Source of the DNA: a virus
DNA length: 64,000 nucleotides
Direction: 5' to 3' (one strand)
IMG/VR virus record: IMGVR_UViG_3300042301_003932
In this document: positions 1-7,455 of the stretch, piece by piece
Numbering within the stretch: the stretch's first letter is position 1
Layout: every line of letters starts with the position of its first letter
Translations under genes and position numbers: made by a program
Notes under the pieces: generated by a model
Told to the model about the DNA's origin: nothing
Seen by the model: the letters and a program-made list of their open reading frames with translations, nothing else
Databases searched by the model: none

Positions 1-759
1 TTCGGTTTCTCTTCTTTGTTCCCCTGTAAAGTTTTGAAGTGTTCCGTCAGATAGTTTTTTAAAAAAGTCTAGTTCGGTTTTAACATTCCATTCACCTTTT
101 TTAGACATTTTTCTTTCAACATTTCTAACAATAATATACTCATCACCATCAATAACAATTTCACCTTTTACTGTTACTTTATCTTTATCAGTAAATCTAT
201 TGAATATCTCTTCGGATTTTGTTGTTTTTGTTGTTTCATTAAAGAATAAAAACAATAATAGATCAACAGACAAGACAGTTTTTCCTCCGAAGTTTGGTGG
301 GTTTGATTCAATAACTGTTAGTCCTCCTGTTTTTTCAAAATCTACTTTTTGATTTTCACCGTATGACAGGAAGTTAGAAAACTCAATATTTTTAATAAAC
401 CATTTTTTAAAAACCGCAGTATCCGTTTCAGTTTCTTGCATTTTATTTTCAACCATCTTATTATGGTTTAAAATATCATCCAAATGTTTGTCGTAGTTTT
501 TACTTGTTAGAAACTGTCTAAGTAACTCAACTTGGTAGTTTGTGTCCATGATATTCACAGACACATCTACTGTTTGCTCACCCTCTTCTTTTTCTACTTT
601 CGCCTTTGTTATTACATTGACGTTTGTTGTGTTATACTTTTTTTGAAAGTAATGTTTAACACTTTTGATTTTGTCTTGGGTGAAATTTTCATTATAATCT
701 TCCCATACCACTTGAATAGTAGGGTTATCAAATTTTGAAAATTCTATATCTTTTGTCAT
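1..759 (-). CDS. sbcC: SbcC/Rad50 (T4 gp46-like) ATPase, N-terminal part (runs off the window; not in ORF track)
   Basis: Manual translation from ATG at 759 is open to base 1: MTKDIEFSKFDNPTIQVVWED...KKWFIKNIEFSNFLSYGENQKVDF..GLTVIESNPPNFGGKT...IDGDEYIIVR. IEFSNFLSY and the Walker A-like NFGGKT are typical of the SMC/Rad50 N-lobe; an SbcD gene lies nearby. Confidence 0.88.
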   Translation of the reverse strand, partial: MTKDIEFSKFDNPTIQVVWEDYNENFTQDKIKSVKHYFQKKYNTTNVNVITKAKVEKEEGEQTVDVSVNIMDTNYQVELLRQFLTSKNYDKHLDDILNHNKMVENKMQETETDTAVFKKWFIKNIEFSNFLSYGENQKVDFEKTGGLTVIESNPPNFGGKTVLSVDLLLFLFFNETTKTTKSEEIFNRFTDKDKVTVKGEIVIDGDEYIIVRNVERKMSKKGEWNVKTELDFFKKLSDGTLQNFTGEQRRETE

Positions 760-769
760 GATATTATAA

Positions 770-1021
770 TTAAACGGTCTGATCTCCTGAAATAGGTTCT
801 GTTGATTCGGATTCTTCTTGTATTGTTTCTTTCTCATCTTCTAATAATCCAGTTAATCCCGACATAGTGTCTCCTGACATTGATGCAAATTTCTCTTTCA
901 TTGCATTCATTTGTTCTTCAAAAGCCTCTTGCCAAACTTTTTGCATTCTTTTTTCTTGTACTTTCATGTTAGCGTTTCTTTTTGCTACTTTTGCTCTGTG
1001 TGCTTTTGCTGCTTTTCCCAT
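770..1021 (-). CDS. hypothetical protein (basic N-terminus, acidic C-terminus)
   Basis: 83-aa ORF co-oriented and tightly packed with its neighbours. Confidence 0.7.
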   Translation of the reverse strand: MGKAAKAHRAKVAKRNANMKVQEKRMQKVWQEAFEEQMNAMKEKFASMSGDTMSGLTGLLEDEKETIQEESESTEPISGDQTV

Positions 1022-1070
1022 TATTAGTTATTATTAGTTATTATTAGTTATTATTACTTGTTATTACTTG
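1021..1070. repeat. 10-bp tandem repeat (TTATTAGTTA)x3 + (TTATTACTTG)x2
   Basis: Read directly; spans the gap between the stop of 1054..1422 and the start of 770..1021. Confidence 0.9.
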
Positions 1071-1422
1071 GTCTATTTTCTTCAAACCATTCTATTATTG
1101 AATTAATTGCCCATACCAATCCGGCAGATAACATCCCGTCAAAGAATACGGATAAAATTTTATTAAGTCCAATCAAATCCGCGTTTGGTGAAAAATACGC
1201 TAATGATAAAAAGAAACCAACCCATGTTGATGTGCATAAAACACAGGAAATAAGACCAGATAGGAATTTACCTAAAAAGTTAAATGGAGATAATGGGTTA
1301 TTACCCCAATTGTGTATGGATTGTCTTAATCCACCGAATATTGATCCATAGACCAATATGTTTGTCATTCCGTAGGCAACCATTGCCCAAATTACTAAAT
1401 TCATATTATTTGTATAAGTCAT
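1054..1422 (-). CDS. small membrane protein with CxxC, DUF1360-like
   Basis: About three hydrophobic segments and LISCVLCTSTWVG, which resembles the DUF1360 CxxCxSxW motif. Confidence 0.55.
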   Translation of the reverse strand: MTYTNNMNLVIWAMVAYGMTNILVYGSIFGGLRQSIHNWGNNPLSPFNFLGKFLSGLISCVLCTSTWVGFFLSLAYFSPNADLIGLNKILSVFFDGMLSAGLVWAINSIIEWFEENRPSNNK

Positions 1423-2020
1423 CGTTTAGGTTAGATCCACCATGAAACTTGGCAGGAACATCTACAAGTTGTTTTGGTTTTTCTAACAATTTTTTTTCTA
1501 ATTCTTCAATTTTCTTTTTTAATTCCCTTATTTCTGTGTTAAGGTTTTGTATTGTCTGTTGTAACATTTTTGTTTTATTATCATCTACAGGAATGTCTAA
1601 ATTACGTCTAAGTTCATCTAAAGTTTGACTAAGTTTATCTATTTCTTCGTCCTTTTTAGTTATTGTTTCATTTAAATCATTTTCAATCTTTTTGTCACTA
1701 ATGTATTCTATTTTTGTGACAATCTTTTCAACAGGGACCTCTTTAATAACTTCAACAATCTTTTCAACTTCCTTAATTACCTCAACAGGTACTTCTACCC
1801 GTATTTCACGGATTACCTCAATTTCTACCTGTTTTTCACCAACAATACCCGTTTTTAAGTATTTTTCATCTTCATTAAGTGTTTTTCCCAAAAGTCCGTA
1901 CTTCTCAATATTAAATCCTGACTGAAAACATTTTTTAATAAACCCATCTACATCTTCAATATTATTAAGTTTACAATATTCAGAAACTGCCTGTGTTATC
2001 TTTTTATCCTTCAATTCCAT
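1406..2020 (-). CDS. coiled-coil protein with VEVP/EKIV repeats
   Basis: VEVPVEVIKEVEKIVEVIKEVPVEKIV followed by a heptad-rich C-terminal half. Confidence 0.7.
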   Translation of the reverse strand: MELKDKKITQAVSEYCKLNNIEDVDGFIKKCFQSGFNIEKYGLLGKTLNEDEKYLKTGIVGEKQVEIEVIREIRVEVPVEVIKEVEKIVEVIKEVPVEKIVTKIEYISDKKIENDLNETITKKDEEIDKLSQTLDELRRNLDIPVDDNKTKMLQQTIQNLNTEIRELKKKIEELEKKLLEKPKQLVDVPAKFHGGSNLNDDLYK

Positions 2021-2831
2021 TATAGTTATAAATCATAATTTCTTGACTATTTTTTGAGTTTTTCTTTCTAGCAACTTTTTCGTAGTCAAATTCTAAAATT
2101 TTATGGTTAAAACCATCTTCTAATAATTTATATATAATATCAGATTTTTCTCCATTTTTATGTTCACCAAGTACACCACTTAACGCAAATGAATGTCCCA
2201 ACCTATCAATTTCAAGTATGTAATCATACAACTGACTTTCTTTTGTTTTGGACCAATAAGAATTATAACCCGCTTCTGTGTTTGTGTATGGTGGATCAAT
2301 ATAAATCATGCTTGGATTTTGTGGTTTAATTTCTGTAAAATCTTTTGACGTGAAAAATAACTTTTCTTTGTACTCTGAAATGTGTTTTACAAAATCATTA
2401 ACTTTTTTTTCTGTTGAGTCGTTCCATGATCTTTTTCCAAAGGTTTGATTAAACTCAAATTTTTTGTTAAATCTCATCATGTTATTAGTACAAGACAACA
2501 TCAGTGCCCATAATTTTTCAGGACTCTTTTCGTTATTAAAACTTTTTCTTAATTCTAAAAACCCATCAACATCATTTTTATCTACAACTATTGATTTGGT
2601 TTTTTGTATTATTGTTTCAGAGTCATTTACTAAACCTTTTTGGATTTCCACTAATTCACCAATAATATCATTAACTAATATCTTTTCATAGTCTTTTACA
2701 ATGTTAGTATAAACAGACCCTCCACCACAAAACAAATCAACAAAATATTTTTTACTATAATCAAAATTTGGTATTAGTTGTTCTAATAACATAAATTTTG
2801 ATCCAGTATAGTTAAATGGTGTATTAATCAT
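2004..2831 (-). CDS. dam: DNA adenine methyltransferase, Dam/D12 class
   Basis: PFNYTGSK, DLFCGGGSV (SAM-binding) and YIDPPY (catalytic) motifs; target sequence not determinable. Confidence 0.9.
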   Translation of the reverse strand: MINTPFNYTGSKFMLLEQLIPNFDYSKKYFVDLFCGGGSVYTNIVKDYEKILVNDIIGELVEIQKGLVNDSETIIQKTKSIVVDKNDVDGFLELRKSFNNEKSPEKLWALMLSCTNNMMRFNKKFEFNQTFGKRSWNDSTEKKVNDFVKHISEYKEKLFFTSKDFTEIKPQNPSMIYIDPPYTNTEAGYNSYWSKTKESQLYDYILEIDRLGHSFALSGVLGEHKNGEKSDIIYKLLEDGFNHKILEFDYEKVARKKNSKNSQEIMIYNYNGIEG

Positions 2832-2832
2832 T

Positions 2833-3612
2833 TTACAAATTTACGAGTTTTTCTACACCATTTTCAATATCTTCAAAAGATTTTATTGAGAACTTTAAAA
2901 ACGGTTTTGGGTTTTCAAGGTCCGTATAGATATATTCTTTAGTTCCGAAATCGTAAGTTCCGAAACCGTGATTTCGGATACTCTCTCCGATGTTCTGTTG
3001 AATTGGTGATCCAATCATATAACCTTTACCTGTTTTAAAACTAAATTCCTGTCTTTTGTGAATATCTCCACATAATACAATATCTAATCCATCAAACTTT
3101 TCAGTGTCGTATGCATGGTCTCCAAAGTCATAACCTAAGTCAGTTGTCATTCCTTGTATTGGTCCGTGAAATAAACCAACTTTAATACCTTTTGCTTCTG
3201 AAATGTCAGGTGGAATATTTCCTTGATACTGTGAGTAAACACACCAACTAATATTATCATCTTCATAAACGCCTCTGTCTTTGTAATAAACAATGTTTTT
3301 GTTATTTAATGAGTCGATAATCGGAGATAATGCGTCTAACCTATCAATATTATTCACTAAAAAGTCGTGATTACCAGGAATGATTATTGTCTTTGCAATA
3401 TATGAACATTCTTTTAAAATCCAACTAACCATTTCAATAAGCTCAGGTGTCATTTGGTTTTTAGAATGTACAAGGTCTCCTGTAAAAACAATTCTATCAG
3501 GTTTAATTTCTTTCCATTGATTGATTGCGTCTTCAAGTATTGACCGGTAAAGGTCGTGGTCTTTAAATAATCTGATGTGTAAGTCAGAAAAGTGTACAAG
3601 TTTTTTTATCAT
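2833..3612 (-). CDS. sbcD: SbcD/Mre11 (T4 gp47-like) metallophosphoesterase nuclease
   Basis: HFSDLH, TGDLVH, PGNHD, FHG, GDIH and GSPIQQ motifs; SbcC downstream. Confidence 0.9.
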   Translation of the reverse strand: MIKKLVHFSDLHIRLFKDHDLYRSILEDAINQWKEIKPDRIVFTGDLVHSKNQMTPELIEMVSWILKECSYIAKTIIIPGNHDFLVNNIDRLDALSPIIDSLNNKNIVYYKDRGVYEDDNISWCVYSQYQGNIPPDISEAKGIKVGLFHGPIQGMTTDLGYDFGDHAYDTEKFDGLDIVLCGDIHKRQEFSFKTGKGYMIGSPIQQNIGESIRNHGFGTYDFGTKEYIYTDLENPKPFLKFSIKSFEDIENGVEKLVNL

Positions 3613-3854
3613 TACATTACAATTTTTGGTGGTCTCCCTAAATCATCATATCCATCGTCTTTGAATGGGTTTGGGGGTATTGGTACTGGTTCAAATCTAG
3701 GTACGTTAATTTTAGGGTTCGGGAAAAAAGGGTCAACATCTTTAACTTCGTGCATTTTTTCTTGAATGGTTTCAATATCAATCTGTTGAATAGCTGTCCA
3801 ACGTCTATTGGTCATAAATCCATCTAACCATATATAAAATTCTTTGTGTGTCAT
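3612..3854 (-). CDS. hypothetical protein
   Basis: 80 aa; stop/start coupled to sbcD; N-terminus EFYIWLDGF, Pro-rich C-terminus. Confidence 0.7.
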   Translation of the reverse strand: MTHKEFYIWLDGFMTNRRWTAIQQIDIETIQEKMHEVKDVDPFFPNPKINVPRFEPVPIPPNPFKDDGYDDLGRPPKIVM

Positions 3855-3856
3855 AT

Positions 3857-4057
3857 TTAATCCTCCTCAATACTAAAATCATATTCATCTTCGTCTTGGA
3901 TTTTATCCCACTCTAATTCTTGGTCACCCCTAAAGTCCACTTCTTCGTAAAACTTCTCTTCATCTTCTTCAAAAAGTTTTGCTTCTTCATCTGTTAACTC
4001 TGTAGAATACTTACAGATTGTTGTGTAAGATTCATACCATACTAATTTTTTTCCCAT
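3857..4057 (-). CDS. hypothetical acidic protein
   Basis: 66-aa ORF, very D/E rich, tightly packed. Confidence 0.7.
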   Translation of the reverse strand: MGKKLVWYESYTTICKYSTELTDEEAKLFEEDEEKFYEEVDFRGDQELEWDKIQDEDEYDFSIEED

Positions 4058-4061
4058 AATT

Positions 4062-4208
4062 TTATATTAATTCACGATTATAAAGATTTGCTAAAATAAT
4101 TCTAGCAAACTTAAATTCTTTAGATCTGTTCAATTTTAATCCATAAGCATTAGCAATCACTTTAAGGTGAGGATACGCTTCACTTATGGTCATCTTACCT
4201 ATTTCCAT
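4062..4208 (-). CDS. small hypothetical protein, 48 aa (not in ORF track)
   Basis: MEIGKMTISEAYPHLKVIANAYGLKLNRSKEFKFARIILANLYNRELI*; TAATG overlap with the upstream stop; fills the gap exactly. Confidence 0.65.
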   Translation of the reverse strand: MEIGKMTISEAYPHLKVIANAYGLKLNRSKEFKFARIILANLYNRELI

Positions 4209-4423
4209 TACTTATCAAATAATTTAAAGTCTTCATTTACGTTTCCACAATCATTACACATATAAGTTGGGAATGGTACAATAGTATCTTCTGGACTTCC
4301 GGTTAATAGTTTTGGTACTCTTTTTAACATGGTGACTTCTTTAAAGAATGTTGATTTACATTTTTCACAATCAATGGTTGGTTGATCTCTTAGATTGATT
4401 TTTGGTTTGATGATTTCTTCCAT
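4208..4423 (-). CDS. small zinc-ribbon protein
   Basis: CEKC...CNDC pair in 71 aa. Confidence 0.7.
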   Translation of the reverse strand: MEEIIKPKINLRDQPTIDCEKCKSTFFKEVTMLKRVPKLLTGSPEDTIVPFPTYMCNDCGNVNEDFKLFDK

Positions 4424-4522
4424 TTTGTTTTATATTTTACTTTTATTTTTCCTACTTCTTTATCCCAAGTGGTATTATACCACCAAGCAATTGTTATCTC
4501 TGGTTTCATATTACATTATAGT

Positions 4523-5389
4523 TTAATTTTTTAAGTTTGTCAAACGTTCTTTAATATCCATGTTTATTATCTCATCAATTACCTTTCTTTCTACTCTATA
4601 CTCGGTAAAATCTTGTTCTTCCGTTAAGTGAACAATTACACAACCATAAAATGGAATATCACCATATTTTGTTCCTTCCAACATTTTTAATAACACCTTC
4701 CCATATAAAGGTAGTTGTGTGTTGTAGTGACCAAGAGCGTTGTTTGGTAGGTATTTAAATGGTTCTCTCATTGGTTTTGTGTAGTCGTTAGATTCCATGT
4801 TTTTCTTTTTATTGGTTTTCCAATCGGTAATAACAATACCAAACCCTGTTTTTAGTTTATTAAACATTAACCAAACTTTATCGGGTTGACCGGTATACCC
4901 TAACTCCGGATGACCTAAAACTATCTCAGTATCTAATAGGACGGCACCTCTATCTTCCATGAGTTTCAAAAACTTATAACCCGCCTTAATCATACGATCA
5001 CCTTTCATAATCATAGCCATATCACACTCATAAAGTGGTTGTCTAACCTCTTTTTTGATTCCATGTCTTTTGATTGTTTCAATCTCCAATTCATAATGGA
5101 CTCTACTTCCCATATTGGTTGATATTCTACCGGCCTCTTCCCATTCTGCAAGTAGTGTTTGCATAACGTATGGATCTCCTTTTGCCTTATTTCTTGCTGC
5201 TTCCTCAGTGGGAAAATCATCATAAAATAACTTCATTACTTTTGATACGGACGGAAAATCATCTCTGATTGTTCCATCAATATCTTTCATGGTGTATCTA
5301 TGTTTATCTTCTTCAAAAGTTAATTCTAACTCTTTTTGTCTTTCTGATAAGATATCTCGTATTTCTTTTGCTATTTCTTTTAAGTTCAT
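4523..5389 (-). CDS. PD-(D/E)XK (Cas4/RecB-like) exonuclease
   Basis: PSVS, GSRVH, TE, GQPD, DWKT and QLPLY motifs; likely start is the ATG at 5389 (ATGA overlap with the primase stop). Confidence 0.82.
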   Translation of the reverse strand: MNLKEIAKEIRDILSERQKELELTFEEDKHRYTMKDIDGTIRDDFPSVSKVMKLFYDDFPTEEAARNKAKGDPYVMQTLLAEWEEAGRISTNMGSRVHYELEIETIKRHGIKKEVRQPLYECDMAMIMKGDRMIKAGYKFLKLMEDRGAVLLDTEIVLGHPELGYTGQPDKVWLMFNKLKTGFGIVITDWKTNKKKNMESNDYTKPMREPFKYLPNNALGHYNTQLPLYGKVLLKMLEGTKYGDIPFYGCVIVHLTEEQDFTEYRVERKVIDEIINMDIKERLTNLKN

Positions 5390-6306
5390 TCTTTTTCTTC
5401 TACTATGTATTCGTTTATTTGACCTCTTAGGTCGCAAACGTCTTTATCTTTTGGTAGTTTCATCAACTTAACCCTACCATAAAGTTTTCCTCCGTTTAAT
5501 TTGTCGTATATATTTTTAGCATCTTCAAATGCGTCTCCATCAAGACAAACAATTATATCTTTTTTTGCCTTTTCGTATAATTTTTCCCATAGATTATCAT
5601 TAACGTATTTACCTAACAATGCAATTGAATTGTCTAAAAAGAAAGAATCAAACACACCCTCAACAAGGTATATGTCTTTTTTCCAATCAATTAAACTTTC
5701 GTTAAATATAAGGAAGTCTTTGGCTGCTTCAGGATTTTTGTATTTTAATTTTGATTTTGGGTTCCACGACCTTGATACAAAAAAGTTTAACTCTCCCTTT
5801 TTATTAAATGACGGAACAATAATACGACCGGCATAATCACCCTCAACACAAAGACCAATATTATACTTATCTATTGTTTCTTGAGTTATACCTCTTTTTT
5901 TAAGGTAATTAAACGCCTCTTTTCTTGGTACGTGTAGTGGGTGTATTTCCTCAAACTTTTTATACTCTTTTGGTAATTCTAACTCTTTATATACTTTTTG
6001 TTTTTTTTCTACCTTATCAGGTCTGATGAGATTATATGTTTTTTTATCTTTTTTTGATCCAAACTGTTCAATTAACCTACCCAAATGCCCGTGAGTGTCG
6101 TGTGTTTCAGAACAACTCCAGCATTTATAAATGTGATTAAAATAATTTATTTCTAAATTTCCCTTACCATCGGTTTTTGATAAACCTTTTATCTCATAGG
6201 AACAAACTGGGCAGTCAACAGATATTTGACCACTATATTCATTTACGTTTTTCGGTTCACCAAAAATATTCTCAATAAGGTCAACTAATAGTGACTCTTC
6301 TTTCAT
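5386..6306 (-). CDS. dnaG: DNA primase (DnaG-like: Zn finger + TOPRIM)
   Basis: CPVC...CWSC Zn finger, YLKKRGI, RIIVP, KYKNP, VEGVFD and LDGD motifs. Confidence 0.9.
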   Translation of the reverse strand: MKEESLLVDLIENIFGEPKNVNEYSGQISVDCPVCSYEIKGLSKTDGKGNLEINYFNHIYKCWSCSETHDTHGHLGRLIEQFGSKKDKKTYNLIRPDKVEKKQKVYKELELPKEYKKFEEIHPLHVPRKEAFNYLKKRGITQETIDKYNIGLCVEGDYAGRIIVPSFNKKGELNFFVSRSWNPKSKLKYKNPEAAKDFLIFNESLIDWKKDIYLVEGVFDSFFLDNSIALLGKYVNDNLWEKLYEKAKKDIIVCLDGDAFEDAKNIYDKLNGGKLYGRVKLMKLPKDKDVCDLRGQINEYIVEEKE

Positions 6307-6310
6307 ACAT

Positions 6311-6341
6311 AAAAGATAAGAAATAAGGGTGAATAGTCAAA
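6311..6341 (-). promoter_or_regulatory. Bacteroidota-type sigmaA-like promoter upstream of primase
   Basis: Minus strand TTTG-actattcacccttatttct (19 nt)-TATCTTTT; close to the TTTG-N19-21-TAnnTTTG consensus. Confidence 0.5.
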
Positions 6342-6345
6342 CAAC

Positions 6346-6372
6346 AAAAAACCCACCTTTATGGGGTGGGTT
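6346..6372 (-). terminator. intrinsic terminator
   Basis: Minus strand AACCCACC-ccataaa-GGTGGGTT followed by T-tract, just downstream of ORF 6395..6796. Confidence 0.8.
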
Positions 6373-6394
6373 AATAATTTTAAATTTCTTTTAT

Positions 6395-6796
6395 TTAATA
6401 GTTTCTTCTTCTATAAGATTCCGTAGTTACAAATGCAATACTACCTAATGGATTTCTAGGTTCAGATAATTCTCCTTCTCCAAGATCCTTCCAATTATTT
6501 GTTGTTGTATCCCACTCAAACATACTCATAACTGAATTACCACTACCTAAATAAATATATCCTTTTTCCATACCAACTACACCGTTATTTTTTCTACAAC
6601 CACTAGCCATGTCTGGTAAAATCAAAACACCTCCATCGTTTGGTAATTGTAACGCCTTTTCAACTTTACACATTTTACCATTCAATTTAAATGTTTTTCC
6701 AATCATATCTGATTTAGGGGTTAATGTTTGTTCACTAATAACTCGTCTTACGATTCTTGTAAGATCTGATTCTGTTAATCTAATAATTCTTTTCAT
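6395..6796 (-). CDS. hypothetical protein with N-terminal 'IIRLTESDL' leader (probable internal virion protein)
   Basis: MKRIIRLTESDLTRIVRRVISEQ; has its own TATTTAT motif upstream and a terminator downstream. Confidence 0.7.
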   Translation of the reverse strand: MKRIIRLTESDLTRIVRRVISEQTLTPKSDMIGKTFKLNGKMCKVEKALQLPNDGGVLILPDMASGCRKNNGVVGMEKGYIYLGSGNSVMSMFEWDTTTNNWKDLGEGELSEPRNPLGSIAFVTTESYRRRNY

Positions 6797-6843
6797 AATT
6801 TTATTTTATTAATAAATATACAATAAAATAAAAAAAACTGTGA

Positions 6844-7449
6844 TTACCAAATCTTTTCTTGTTTCATATAACCTAAAACACAAGTATAAGAATCCGCCAT
6901 ATCAAAACATTCTTTTTTAAGTGTGTTGTTTTTTGTATAGTGCCAAGTGATTTGTGGTTCTTTGTCAGATACTTTTTTCCAAATTAATTCTTTTTTATCA
7001 ACATCTTTTGGTAAACCACCAAATAATACAAATTTTCCTTTATTGTTTACTTGAACAAAATCAGGCCATGCAAATTTTCTAGAATTATAGGTTGAAATGT
7101 ATGATGGTATTATTCCTAAAATGTCATAAATTGATTTTGTAATCATAGAATTGTATCTTAGTAACGTACCTACCGTCCAAACATTATTTGAGTTAAGTAA
7201 TGGTTCTTCAATAACAACTTTAGTAATTCCTAAATTTTTATAGTTGATTAGTTTTTCTTCAAATGCAACTACTTTTAATAGTAATTCTTCAATTTTATCT
7301 TCGGGTTTTGGTTTTATCACCGGAGAAAAATGAGTAAGTTCCAATAATTCTTGAGTTTTTATGTCAAAAAGACTCCAACCAATCGTTTTGGTGGATATGT
7401 CAAGTCCAAGAACTTTAGGTGTGTTCTTTAAATCTCTTTTTTCTTCCAT
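6844..7449 (-). CDS. ruvC: RuvC-like Holliday junction resolvase
   Basis: VLGLDISTKTIGW, VVIEEP and DMADS acidic motifs of the RNase H/RuvC fold. Confidence 0.8.
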   Translation of the reverse strand: MEEKRDLKNTPKVLGLDISTKTIGWSLFDIKTQELLELTHFSPVIKPKPEDKIEELLLKVVAFEEKLINYKNLGITKVVIEEPLLNSNNVWTVGTLLRYNSMITKSIYDILGIIPSYISTYNSRKFAWPDFVQVNNKGKFVLFGGLPKDVDKKELIWKKVSDKEPQITWHYTKNNTLKKECFDMADSYTCVLGYMKQEKIW

Positions 7450-7455
7450 ATATAA

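Noticed and set aside
1054-1422. Holin call for the membrane protein
   Set aside because: No adjacent endolysin or spanin; the CxxC motif fits DUF1360-like proteins better
4390-4509. 39-aa ORF MKPEITIAWWYNTTWDK...
   Set aside because: Short, overlaps the Zn-ribbon gene out of frame, and has no recognisable motif
4523-5389. Cas4 as part of a CRISPR-Cas system
   Set aside because: Stand-alone PD-(D/E)XK nuclease next to primase, with no Fe-S Cys cluster, no array and no other cas genes
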